Of a stretch of DNA of 64,000 bases, positions 1-12,510 are shown piece after piece. Position 1 is the stretch's first letter; each line of letters begins with the position of its first letter. Below the pieces are notes generated by a model. It had not been told where the DNA came from and did no database searches. It was given only the letters and a program-made list of their open reading frames with translations. Made by a program: the position numbers and the translations under genes. Origin of the DNA: Psilocybe cubensis (lineage: Eukaryota); assembly GCA_017499595.2 (NCBI GenBank), contig CM038999.1, positions 558,001-622,000 of the forward strand, written 5' to 3'.

Positions 1-918
1 GCCATAATGTGGCAAGTATGTAACGGTGTGGCATGTGAGTGTTTTCAATTTATGGTGATTACTTTGCGTCAGATATTCATGTACATTTAGTCCTACATAA
101 TACGTTGGATATAGCGCATACGGACATCAAGCCTGAGAACGTCGTTCTCGTCGATGACCAAACGACTACTGTGTCTGATATCAGTCCAGATGGCGCTTTT
201 TACAACAAAGTACGTCACAATTCTTGTCAATTAGACCATTACAATGCTTAAAGAATACGTGTTTGAAGAACGTTGTGTCTAATGTCCAAATCAAAATCAT
301 TGACCTCGAAGATTCTGTCACAAGTCCTCGTAACCTCCATTTTGTCCCCGGTACAATGGGGTATCGTGCTCCGGAAGTGTATGGTGGTGGGTATGACGTT
401 TTCCGATACTCCTTACATTTCTGATTATACGCTTCTATAGGTGTCGGTTGGGGTTTCCCTGTCAATGTCTTCGCTGTCGGATGTTTAACATTCGAGATCT
501 TTACGGGTTTGTCATTGTTTCCGAAGACAGATGATGTTCGGGAGTATTTTTTCTGTATGGAGAGGCTGCTTGGACATTTCGCTCCGGGTCAGGCTCAAGA
601 TATCAGTGAAATGCATCCAGCGATATTCCGAACTAAAACTAGGGTCCCGAAAGTCCGTGGCGCAGCAATCAATGCTAAAGTTTGCAACAAGCTTTTGCGC
701 CATGTGGCCGATGTCAAGTGGTTCAAGGTGTGTTACCTCGAGCGTTCGTGAACCGTGAAGTCTATGATTAAATGCATTGTTAGAAATCAATCAACCAGTC
801 AGACGCAGTGGAATTTATATCTATGTGTACTGCAGTCGACCCTCATCGCAGACTCACTATCGAATCCGCTCTACGCCATCGGTTTTTCACGAAATTTTCG
901 CGTGTCAAGTTAAACTAG
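1..918 (+). CDS. Divergent LAMMER/CLK (CMGC)-derived protein kinase, copy A (5' part outside window, multi-exon)
   Basis: Spliced exons give AIMWQVCNGVA / LHNTLDIAHTDIKPENVVL / IKIIDLEDS..GTMGYRAPEVY / GWGFPVNVFAVGCLTFEIFTG..EYFFCMERLLG / ..VDPHRRLTIESALRHRFF..TAG (916-918). HTDxKPEN and EYFFCMER (cf. EHLAMMER) point to the CLK family. DFG is replaced by DLE. Confidence 0.85.
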
Positions 919-919
919 A

Positions 920-1393
920 TTACTTTCCTGATGCGTATAACCTAAATGGTAGCGTTTCTGTGTCGTCTACAATATATTCCTGTCTTCTCGTTCTCGGTGT
1001 CATCCTCTTAGAGTTTTTATACTGTTTGTGTGTTGTATTAACAAATATAGAATCTTTGGTTGTCCCTCCAGCAACGACTGGGTTGTTTGTGTCATTGTGT
1101 TTTTTGCCCGGATCTAGTTGTATTCAATTCGCTATATGTTTTGACGTGTTAATTATTTATGTACCTCGCTTTTTCGAAGATGCGCCGGTATTCTGTGGCG
1201 TCCTTTCTAGTTCATTGCGGGCGCTGTTAGATGAATTTATGTACGACATATCCAAAGCGTTCGTAGTGGTCTGGATGCATTCCTTTTTTTTTATCGATCC
1301 AGGTCTCACTCGGTCGTTGTACGTCGAAACATTTTCTTTCTTCCCTGAGTATTCTGTGCACGCACAGTGAGAATGATCTTTTACGCACTCCAT
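920..1393 (-). CDS. Hypothetical basic protein convergent with kinase A (5' end unresolved, may extend upstream)
   Basis: Exon ..ERTPQNTGASSKKR|gtacat, then last exon DPGKKH..QYKNSKRMTPRTRRQEYIVDDTETLPFRLYASGK*. Frame, intron position and stop are conserved in the paralog at 63533-64000. Confidence 0.65.
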
Positions 1394-4300
1394 GAGAGAT
1401 GTGAGTTGAACTGTGTTGAATTGTACATACGAGCGTTGAACTTGTTATTGGATCGGGATGGTAAAGGTAGTATAATGATACCGTTGCTTTCTCGAGGAAA
1501 GAGTTTACACGACGGGATGCATTCGGTGAACATTCTGGTTGAAAGTCAGTGTGTCTTTACGTGTAGTAAACACTCGCTCGTGTAGTCCTGCTCCAGATGT
1601 ATCCACTGGAATTTACCGACATCCATGCCATTGGTGGCCGTGTTACCGATATGGTGTGCATTAGGTTCTGTGCAGTAGCTCCAAGGGTAGTTACTAGTGG
1701 TACACCCTGACCAAGAGTACCGTGGAAATCGGACTTTGCAATGTATCTCGGGTGTGAATATCGTATGCAATTATTTAGTAATTCTCTTTACATTGCTAGT
1801 GTATTTCGGGTGTGTGAGTGTCATGCAGTAATATGTGGTAGTTTCCTTTACGCCACTCTCGACGATATTGACAATCGAGCGCGATACCTTTTCTGTACAT
1901 GTATTTAATGTCGTGAGCTGTAATCTAGTGTAACCGTTTTTATGTCATTGTTTTGAATGGACTGGAATGACCTAGTGTATATTCCGGCGACTCGAGTGGA
2001 TACCTGACATATATAATTAATAAATACAAAGTCGTTGTTCATATATACTCCGCAAACCTTGGTCCTTCTTTCTAATTAGCGGACTATATGTCTTCTCAAC
2101 AAGTTCAGGATGAAATGTATGTTGATCTTCGTATGCTTTCTGTTTTCTCGTTGTCTGACGTATGGTTTAATGAAATCACAGTTCCTCAGCTCGATTGTTG
2201 CACGAGCAGGAGCTTCAGATGCAGTATCAAAACGACGTCGTTTTTGTCGCCCAGAGACGGGCGTTCAATGCCTTTCGGAATTGTTTCGGTAAGAAGGTGT
2301 CCAAGCGTCCTGTAGGTTTCCATTTGTCGGTCATCGTCACATTTCATTTGGTAGCTGATTGATAGTATGTACATATACACACCTAGACTCAGCCACGCTC
2401 ATCGCCTTACTCTATCGCGTTGATTAATTCTTCGGGAGACGTTGTTAATAACGCTCATAGCCAGGGGTATGATATGAATGTGCGTTATGACTATCGTCGA
2501 CATTGTTGTATATTAGTTTACTTATTGACTCCTCGTTAAGCTATCTTCTGCACAAGCCAAGCAAACGAAGCCCAATGTTTCTCTTTCGTTGGACTCGGTG
2601 TGTTTATAATATTATGTATCTACGCGGAATACTGATTATACATTACTTCAGGCGTTTTCTGATTTGCATTGTAGGACAAGTGTGGACACAGATATCGACA
2701 CTCTAACGCAGACTACCAAAACGTTCACAAAGCCTGTCTATGATACACCCCCGACAGTCCCTAGTCCATTTGTATGCCTTAGGAAGCACGCCGACTACCT
2801 CTGTACGAATCAGTCGTCCTTCGTGTCCGATATACCGTTCAGTGGACGTACCGATGCAAATGTAAACGGTTTCATGAATGTTCGACAGGGCCTTGAAACT
2901 GATACTGGCACCGGCCCGGTCGCATCGTCACAATCTTTTGTAGATTTTAATGCTAGTGGTTTCATCGTCTAATTTCAGATTCGTGATATATTGTATACAA
3001 GTTTGCTTGGTCCGTTTGTTCTGTTTTTCTGTAACTTACTGATGATGTGCAGGCATCATTGATACTATTGGTACCTCCTAGTATAGTAAGAATGCGCGGG
3101 AACAACCTCTGAGAAGCCGTAATAGACGGTACTCGTTTGTGTACGTGAGTATCACGTAAGCAGAAATCGACTCTCCTCTGCCATCCACCAAAACCCTTAC
3201 GACGCGCTTTTTGTTACATGTCCTGGCATCCCAGTGTACCGCCGCCGGTGTCTGTGATGTATACAATACACATGATACATTCTGTTGTATGTCCTCCACC
3301 GTCTGCACCTACTGTGATATACACCACACACTCTTCTTAAAAAATGATGTCCCAAATTCTCTCCGCTCACCACGACATATACGACACTGTATCATGTTAC
3401 ACCACCTACTCCTACCCTGTCGCTGTCTTCTCCTACCACAGTACACAGTGTATTAACTTATTCCACGCTGATTTCAGTGTACTGTAATATAGATGGCGTT
3501 GCATCGAGAATCTCCCATCGACGTCTCTACCATCTACAGCATTTAGAATATCTCTGCTTTCCGGTGGTTAGGGCATAACGTGCATGGGAATTTGGACACA
3601 TCACTCGCGTTTGGTCGATATATGCCAAAATTGAATGCGCACTCGACGAAGGCAATGGTATGTAGGGTGGTATTATCACTACGACAGCTACTCAAGTTGA
3701 TCTGTTTTAGGTCCAGTAACAGTTGTCAATTCTGATACGGTACTCAAAGAGGCCCAACTAAAGATGAAGGTTGGTCGCATCTGATGTAGCGTGCCGCTTG
3801 ACGTACACTTTCATTGACATGTATATCTTCCATTGTAGGAATGGGATCGTGTCTCCGCTTCCCTGAGTAAAGTTTTGAAGTTCAGAAATCCATGTTCGAT
3901 ACGATTTCTGATACGGGTTCGTGGTGTTGGGTTTGTATACACGTCTATCATGTATCGCGTGCCCTCGTCCTGAATTTTGTGATTACTTATGCTTTTCTGT
4001 TTCCTTTGCGTGCTATCTGGTTCATTTTCTCATGGGACCTACTATGGTCATTCTTTATTTGTAGGTTCGACAACGCACAATAAGTGGACCCAAGACTGAG
4101 TCCTCATAGGCGCTACAAAAGATAGAATTGATCCTGAAGATGTTCGTCGATTATGCTAAAAACAGTATACTTAGTTGAGTATCGAGAGTCCCTTTCTTCC
4201 TTTCCTTTCTTGATTTGTCTGGCTAAAATTATTTTTCTTCGTTCCTTCTACTGGGTTCTGTTATTTGGGTGCGTCATACCTGTTTCATAATCACTACTTT

Positions 4301-5348
4301 GTCACTTTACTGAATCCATCACCTTTGTTCTCCCATTCATTAATCGAATATTGTAAGAGAGATGATGCTATCGTCCGAAAATGGGTAGCTGAATACAAGG
4401 AAGAGGTCAGAAATCCAATATTTGAACTTGTTCAGGATTGGAGGAATCAATCATCTCCTCTACACCAGCCCCAGTATTCATCTCATCCTCAGCATCGACC
4501 ATCGCAACATCTTCAAAAATACCAACATCAGCCGCACTGTTCCACCAAATCCGTATACCCAGTACCAGTGTCTTCACCGACGGATCTCGAACACACGACA
4601 TTCTGGATCCAATTTACATGTTGTTCTCAATACAACCAACGCCGACATATATCGACAGTCACATCATCAGCAGTCTGTCGATTCCTTATCGTATGGCAAC
4701 GACGTCTCGAATACTGAAATCATCAAAAGGTCTTCAAGCCACTCTTCTTTGTCATACTCCTTTGGTTGTCAATCACGCGCTGGTGGCTATATGAACCGGT
4801 CCTCAACTGTATCATCACAATATTCCTCCACTGGTTTCGTTGAATCCTTTAACAACAGTACCAACACTGACAGGCAAACATGATCTTCTCCTAATAACTC
4901 TGGTCTCGTTCTTTTACAGTTGCCGGTGTCCGAACGTTCAGTTCCGAAGCAGGGTATTCTATAGAAGTATCACGGGATCTTCGTCGATTCCGTCTCCGCT
5001 ACGTTCATCCCATCCAATCCGCTGTGTCACCATCACCAATGTAACCAATACCCGTTCCGCGTTTGTCACGTCTATCCTGTCAATTCAACGACAGTGAAAA
5101 TGCTTTTCACATAGCCTCTTCGACGTCACCGCAGCTTCGACGAGTACGTCTCCGTACCCATCCCAACGACCTGATGAGTACTATATGGATTGTTTTGTCA
5201 TTCGACTGACCCCTTACACACCTTTCGAGTCGACTAGAGGAGTGGCCGTGGATGTTCATTCCATACTTCTTTAACTCCAGACATCTCCGTTTCTCTGAAT
5301 AAAGTCTCGAAGTATAGAAATCTATGTTCGAGACGAGTTCTAATACGG

Positions 5349-5537
5349 GTGCGTTGTGTTGGGTGTCTATCATGTATCGTGCTACATTGTCATCAATCTT
5401 GTGATTACTGTCTGTATGTATTTGCAATGCTTTTGACACTATGGAAATTAGTGTTTGTCCCTTTACATTTTCACGTATATCTGAAGCCTACGCGTATCGC
5501 GCTTCCGAAATCCGAAATTGGATACTCTGAAGAGTGA
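5349..5537 (+). CDS. Probable terminal exon of an unidentified gene, with a hydrophobic segment. Paralogous to 14340-14486
   Basis: LYVFAMLLTLWKLVFVPL vs LYVFAMLLTIWKLIFIPL, with synonymous or conservative differences (gca/gcg, tta/ttg, V/I). Confidence 0.4.
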   Translation: MRCVGCLSCIVLHCHQSCDYCLYVFAMLLTLWKLVFVPLHFHVYLKPTRIALPKSEIGYSEE

Positions 5538-5693
5538 CTTGATGGTATCTTTCATTCGGAACTGAGTATATACACACTTCAGGGGGTTTGTGATCTGTAT
5601 TAGTATGTATTTTTCTTTGTAGTTGAAGACCAGTTTGAAAAAGACGATAACGTCAATCTGTTGCGTGTTTCTGTTGTTTTGTTTTGTTTTATT

Positions 5694-5719
5694 GGGGAGC
5701 TTGCTCCCCTTTGTACTGG
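5694..5719 (+). mobile_element. Candidate Helitron 3' terminus (hairpin + CTRR)
   Basis: Perfect hairpin GGGGAGC-TT-GCTCCCC (5694-5709), then CTGG (5716-5719) ending 10 nt after the hairpin, followed by T. Confidence 0.35.
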
Positions 5720-6449
5720 TGGGACCCAGAATGCTTAAGCATACGTGATCCACCAGTGTTTTGATCGTCACCCCATGCGAACCTAGCAGGGAGACCTGTC
5801 GACATTTGTGATACGGCAAGGTTCTACTAGAGCATGCCAGGTACTGGCATAGCAAATTAATTGTTCTATTATTAATTATTTATTTTATTTGGTAGAGTAT
5901 TTAATTCATTCGTCGCTACGGCCTAGCCACACTAAGATCCTGCTACACTGAGGTTTTATAGGCCCAGTCCCATTTATAACCGACAATGGTAGCCAATCGG
6001 AAGTCGGAAGATATGCTTTTATACATACAATTTAAAGTGCCTTCGACCGTTTCAACAAGGCGGATGAAAATATTACATATATTTTTAGCAGGCCCGTTGC
6101 TGGTCACAGGACAGAAGCCGTGCACCACTTATAAAGCGTTGAAGCAGTTGGATGACAACACTTTGTGAGAGATCAAAGAGCGTGATTAGAACTTTATGGA
6201 ATGATGGTTTAACCAATGTTAGTCAATATGAAACCAACGTGTATACTGTAACCAAGAAAATGAGTGTCTATCTGAGTTGAACTGAGAATGAAAATTGGTG
6301 TGTTTTGGTTAGTAATTTTAATGCCGTTTGATGTCAATTAACTTGGAAAGGTCAGATAACTAATTTTAATTTTAATTTTAATTTTAATTTTGAACGTCTG
6401 AATTTAAATACGGATCACATGTATTGACAGGTTAGCTAGCATCTGGAAA

Positions 6450-7092
6450 TGGATAAGGAGTGTATAGGCAGACAAATGAATGTAACGTGTATCAAGAGTA
6501 TATATCGCCAGGCTAAAAAAAAAGTTCTACTAGAGAAAAAGTTTTTGAACTTATAATTTCAAGTAGCAAGTCTGTAAAGAGCTCGTGTATATGCTCCATT
6601 GTTTCTTCGACTATAGAGCATTAGTTTTATAAATGCTCAAGATGAATCTCTAGCATATAGTTTATTAGAATGGATTGAGTAGAAACAAGAATTTAATGAC
6701 TTACTTGTTTTTCCCGAACCAAGAAGTAGCACAGACTTATTGTTCGACATTGCCAAATAGCTCTTTTCCTCCTTCTTCCACCATGGTTCTGCAACTGATG
6801 GGGGTCGGGAGATTGGAGGACGTTTTGATGCCTTTGGTTTGCGAGGAGGTATAAGGCCTACAGATATGAAACTGTCTTGGAGTTCACGGGCATGGCGACG
6901 TTGGGTAGCACGTTTTTTAGCCTGAGCAAACTTGTCATTCTTGTTCGTCTTGTTTGTATGGTGTACCGTAGAACAAAATGATATAGCCTGAGGTTTTTTG
7001 TTGTCTAGAGTCATCTGAGGATGAGACGTTGTAAAGGGGGGCAAAGTTTTAAGCTTTTCCCAGAACGATGTAAGATATGGCATGGGTTTCAT
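6450..7092 (-). pseudogene. Unknown-function gene family member (VAEPWWK..LGSGxT|KIHLE), degraded. Paralog of 58234-58800
   Basis: VAEPWWKKEEKSYLAMSNNKSVLLLGSGKT, then a gtaagt intron, then IHLEHL followed by stops. Confidence 0.5.
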
Positions 7093-7932
7093 TTGATATC
7101 TGATAGATTGTTGTTAATTGGGATGTAGTCAATTGTAACCGTCTTAAGTAGTGTTTTGGATATGCGTTGGAATCGGAATTTTGGATCGGATAGTTCTGTG
7201 TACAGGGTCAGATATTTTAGCTTCGGTAGTAGTTCCTTGCGGTATAGTAATAATGTAACGTCATACTTATCGGTTGACACTAGTTGACACCTTCTTTCTT
7301 GTTCCTCAATTTGTTTATATAGCTATTGGAGACATTTTGGTGTGCGTTGGGGCGTTTTACGTGATGTGCGGAAATTTTTTGCTTTACTACTGGATGTAAT
7401 CAGTGGAGTGGCGTGTGAAGGAATCAGGTAGCAGCAGCGTTGTAACATGCATTGCATAATATAGCTTACTTTGTGTAATTAGGTCTGGTTTTGTACTATA
7501 TGTTTTTGTATTGCATGCAATGGGTTTTTTTACTGTTGGATGTTAGTCTGCTGGCTTTTTGTGTGTATATGTACTTAGCTGTGGGTGGCTGGGTTAGATT
7601 GTACAAGATAACATTGTGGCATCTGTGATTTGCTCTTGTTTGTTTCGGATTTCTAGTATTTGGCCGGTCTTGTGATATATCCAGAGTTATGTGCTTCTTT
7701 CACATGTTTTCTTATTATTCTGATCGTTCTTTGGATATGTACAGTTACCTAGACATTTTAGGGTGACAGGTTTAGAGGAAAAATATGGTTTTTCCCTAAA
7801 ATGTAAGGTGCACGGAACATATCGGCACATAATACAACCTTGAAGTGTTGTACGGAGAGAGAAGAGCGTGTTTGATTGGTTTTCCATGCAACCAGCAATT
7901 AGACTCGAGTAAACACATTTTAATCCTGATTA

Positions 7933-8528
7933 TGTTCCGTTCTCGTAAATGTTGTCAATGCTTTAGGCTTACAGTGTTCGAGAACCGCGAGCTCTACGAT
8001 TCTCATTCTCATTCATCAAACTCCAAGTTACATGTGACTATTACAGATCACATGTGCTTGCAGCCTTTGCACTGAGCCTGGAGCGCCACTTATTGACTCT
8101 CGTTATACTCACAAAGCGTGATAGACAAGAAAGGTGGCGATGCATCGAGTGCTTAATGTTTGCAATAAATCTGTATGGAGGGGACAACTGCTTAGAAGAG
8201 TTCAGAACTCACCTTGAGCTCACCGAGACAACAACCAAGAGTGGCTGTACGGTTGCTGGGACGGCAAACACCGCGGTTTGCTGTCCGGTACTTCGGAAAG
8301 CGCCGACCCGGGATCTCAATACCGAAGCAATTGTAGGAAAACCTAGATAAAATGTAAGTGCGTGCCGCTTGAGAAGATGGAAAGGATGAGCCGACAACGA
8401 AAGAGGAGAGCTTCCTGTGCTACAGCGTGCAGAAGCGCAGATGAACGTCGGAGCTTACTAAGAAAACAATCCCCTTATATGGCTACGTTACCGGGTCCAT
8501 ATCAACATTATTGGTAAGACCCTGAACA
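7933..8528. mobile_element. Solo LTR (596 bp)
   Basis: Termini TGTTC...GAACA flanked by a perfect 5-bp direct repeat GATTA (7928-7932 and 8529-8533). Confidence 0.75.
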
Positions 8529-9410
8529 GATTAACAATGCATCCGAGCTTAAAAGACAATTGATTATTGAGTTAATTAACCAAATGATCAAAAGGCTAGG
8601 TAAACTGTACCAATGAACTGTACCGTTGGTTACCATTTGGAGAATAGAGTTAGACGAGTTACTTCACTGATAGTATCGAACAAGGAATTAGTGATGACTG
8701 ACTCTTTCGTCAGTATATTGATGGGAGAAAATAATTTTATAAGCACAAATCATTTTACGAAGCCCGACCGGAGGGAAGGGATTCGTTCTTTTATGGTGCA
8801 CCTCCCGCCAGGCTTTTGCGATACGTTTAAGATGGTTGCACGTGATCACTCGCGGATTTCGTCCGGTACGGCAACAATTGAGTCGGTGCACAGCACGCGC
8901 AAGTTGCCATGTGACTTGTTTGCATTGTCGACCATCGTAGTAGTTATCTTTCTTTTCCACTGTAAATTCTAAGTTACTTTGTACCAACTTTCACCGAAAC
9001 TGAGGAGGGTTGGAGAGGGGACAACAACGAAGCGAGACCCATGAAATGTGAGACCCGCCAGGTATGTTATTATACCAACATTACTTTTCAATCTTACCCC
9101 ATTATTCCCCTAGCTTTACCATCAAACACTGACGAGCAGGGAGTCGACGAGATCTTGTCGACTCCGTCATTCTTCACAACGAGTACCTGGTCACCATCAG
9201 CGGTATGCCAGACACTGCGTGTCATGGTATCAGCACGGCCCTGTGTCGAGACCTCTGCCCACCCTTTCCTTCCTGTCTGTGGCCTCTGATGGTGCCTGCG
9301 TTTCGATGGTAAGTTGTTTTGGTTGTGTCTGTTGCCAATATCGATGGTGCTAACAATATGATCTAGAGTATTTGACGTGGCAAAGTGGACTACAACAATG
9401 AAACGCACAG

Positions 9411-10225
9411 GTACTGACCCCACTGGCTCAGCATAGTCGAGCACTGAAGCCACACGACACCCTTTGACGGTAAGCCGCACAGTTGTGTATTCTGTTGGCA
9501 ATAGTGCTGACCCTATGCTTGACAGTCTTGACACTAGATGATAGGTTACAACGGTGTGTTGTACCCTCTCGACGACGTGTTGGTGCTGACCTGTACTCTG
9601 TGCTTGACAGTTTTGACGGTGCAGAGTAGGTTACGGTGGTGAGCTGTACTCTTTTGACGACGCGCTGGTACTGACCCTGCTCTTGCCACTGCGCAGGTCA
9701 AGGACCTTGCTGAACAATTCAGTACTATGCATACCATCCTTACAACCCTGTCCCTCAGACGCGCTATCGCCCCTCTCATCGCCAGCCGCACCCGATAATA
9801 CTGTAGACATTGTCGGACTGGGATGGTGATTCGTATCCCATCAATGATGCGCTGGTGCTGACCCCGTTCTCTTTATACACAGGTATTGTCAGCGAACCGC
9901 AGGCACATAACATGTAGAACAATGACGATGTAACATGACATACCTGCCCACGACCCTCCTCCTCCATTGTTACTTTGCAGCTTGGCATTATCAGCCAATC
10001 TAGTGCGATGCATGCCGCTCTCACAACCCAATCCGGCTGACCGGTTCGAATCGCCCCTCGGAACCGGAGAATACTGTAGACATTATTGGACTAGGTCGGT
10101 GAGCCATAACCCATCAACAATGAACTGGTGCTGACCCCGCTCTCATTGCTACGTAATCGATGGATATTATCAGCAAGTAGAACAATGACAACGTACCTTG
10201 CCATACCCGCCCATGACCTTTACCC
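9411..10225. repeat. Degenerate tandem repeat array, ~80-90-bp period, core GT(A/G)CTGACC
   Basis: Core at 9411, 9504, 9583, 9668, 9855 and 10128. Units 9504-9582 and 9583-9667 align end to end, and 9797-9960 aligns with 10070-10225. Confidence 0.7.
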
Positions 10226-11167
10226 TGACATGCTCAAGTCGTACCTGTCCAGGTCTCCTCGGTGAGTTGTAAACCCTCGACAGCGGGCAGGTGCTACCCT
10301 CCAGTACACTATACAGTTTCTCTCCAAAAGAAACACAGGCGCCACACGACACAGAAAATGCTAGCAACGTACCTAGACCGACGGCTCTAACACCCGGGCA
10401 TACTGGAGTCACGACTGCTCTCGTCGCAGTGTCTGCCGAGTGCAACTGCGAGGAGCCTGGAGAAAGGAAGCAATTGGACGACCTTTTTTACGCGTTTATG
10501 GTTGTCCTGCTGTTCTCTGGTTGGTTATTTCCGGGTGTCCGTGTCCGATGAATATAGTTTCTTGTACTCGGAGCTGGCTTCACCCCACGCGCGCTTCCAA
10601 TGCAAGTGACGTAAACTGGTCGAATGAATCAATGACCGCTGACTGGTATATGATCCGCTAAAGCGTCTCTTTTCAGTATTTTCGGGTTTACGGTCCTGTG
10701 TCTGGCTTTAACGTAGCGCAGGTGAGGCCTACTCGGTCTAATTTACTTTTTATTTTATTTTGTCCTACTGCTTATTCTTTTTTTTTTTTTTCTCTTTTTT
10801 TTTCCTCGACAGTCACAGGTAGACGACTGTAAACAAGCGACGCATTATTGTCTTTGAAATAAATATATCGGGTAGTCGTCGGCGACTATATCGTGGGTTT
10901 TTTTATTACGCTGGGGAAATTTGGTTAATTTTTTTAAATGATCATACCTCTGTCCTGTGTCAACTTTCAGTCCTACGCCGCGCTTATGAATTTGTCCGCG
11001 TGTTGTGTCCAACCCGTGATGAGGCGCTATTGAACGCCTCATTTAGAGATTCCCAGGTCCTTGTCAGGAGCACATCCTCCTCTCAGCCTCTAGCATAAAA
11101 TGTGCCTTGCGAAACATTACTATTTTCCCTTTGAATGTGTCTCTGTGCCAGTCCCTTCACGTCGACG

Positions 11168-12510
11168 ATGGTCATGCTCCACCACTTCCTGTTGAGCATC
11201 GTGCTTCACTCGGTTTACGTCTCCGCTGCTCCCACCGCACTCGTTATTCCATTTGTAACTCTCGGAAGCGCGACGTTCGTTGGAGAGACCTCTGGGACGG
11301 TACAGCGGTTCTTGGGTATTCTGTTCGCCCAACCTCCGTAAATGTTTTTAATATTTCAATTAGACTCTTCCGTTGACTATATATATATATTTGTTTCGCA
11401 GTGTCGGAAACCTTAGGTACCACTTACCCCAGCCTATCACATACATGAATGGATCCTACGACGCAAAGAAATACGGGCCCTCTTGTGGTCAACAATCTGT
11501 CGGATTGCCTCTCCTCTCCGGCCTGACAGCGGAAGCAGTCAACTATGTGATCAATTCAATTTTTGGTCAAGTCTTCCCGACGATGAAGATTGTGAGTCAT
11601 GGTGACATGTCCTCGAATCTTTTCCTTATGCTCGACGATTCTAGGCCTCACTGTGAACGTCGTGAAACCAGCTACTGCTACTCCTGGATCCAAGCTCCCT
11701 GTCGTTGTGGTAAGTATCTTTTCGATATGTACTACAATTTATTGCTGACCCAGACATTTTAGTGGATATTTGGCGGTAAGTCAATTCATCAACACCTCTA
11801 CTATATACTTTTCAACCTCCTGTGACAGGTGGTTTCGAACTCGGAAGTACTTCTATGTATGATGGAGCATTAATCGTCAAAAAGTCCCAAGATCTTGGAC
11901 AACCTATCATCTACGTCAGCATGAATTACAAGTGCTTATACCGGTATATCTGTCATAAACACGTTCATGTTTTAATCCCTTCGATTAGGTTAACTGGGAT
12001 CGACTTCCTTGCAAGTAAAGAGGCGAAAAAAGCTGGTGTGGGCAACCTTGGTCTTCAAGATCGTACGTTTGATTATGTTGCTAACGAAGTATGTTAGCAC
12101 AATGTATACAGAACGTGAGGCTCTGCGGTGGATCCAAAAGTGCATCACTCAATTTGGTGGTGATCCCACCAAAGTTTCCATGTAGGCTTGAATTTGTTAT
12201 TCCTGTTATATTTCGCATGACTCATTTACGATATTTTTCCAGTTGGGGTGAATCCGCTGGCCCTATATCTGTTGCTCTGCAGATGGTGGCGAATGATGGC
12301 AACACTGAGGGTCTTTTCAGAGGCGGGTTCATGCAATCAGGAGCTACCATTCCAGTTGGTGATATCACAAACGGCCAGAAGTACTACGATGCCATGGTTA
12401 AAGAAACTGGTTGCACTGGCGCATCAGATACTCTCGATTGCTTGAGAACCATCCCATATACCAAATTAAAGGCTGTCATCCACAAATCTCCTGGTATTTT
12501 TGCTTACCAG
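11168..12510 (+). pseudogene. Secreted type-B carboxylesterase/lipase (COesterase), 3'-truncated and frameshifted
   Basis: Signal peptide, FLGILFAQPP, EDC-LTVNV, WIFGGGF, GNLGLQD, FGGDP, WGESAG, MQSG. There is a 1-nt loss at FP-(D)DEDC (~11580). Homology stops after IFAYQ|gtatgt, so the catalytic Glu/His half is missing. Confidence 0.85.

Noticed and set aside
777..1370. 197-aa plus-strand hydrophobic ORF
   Set aside because: It is the shadow of the kinase last exon and the conserved minus-strand gene. No equivalent ORF is reported in the duplicate copy.
2088..5100. Possible multi-exon genes at 2.1-5.1 kb (likewise 23.2-25.5, 42.3-43.8 and 56.3-57.8 kb)
   Set aside because: Splice-like signals exist, but I could not assemble consistent frames or recognise domains.
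6690..6730. LGSGKTSK read as a kinase glycine loop or Walker A (also at ~58650)
   Set aside because: A conserved gtaagt intron interrupts it after LGSGxT, and no downstream kinase or NTPase motifs are found.
10044..10052. GGTTCGAAT tRNA B-box-like motif (also GGTTCGAACC at ~49477)
   Set aside because: No cloverleaf or properly spaced A-box could be built.
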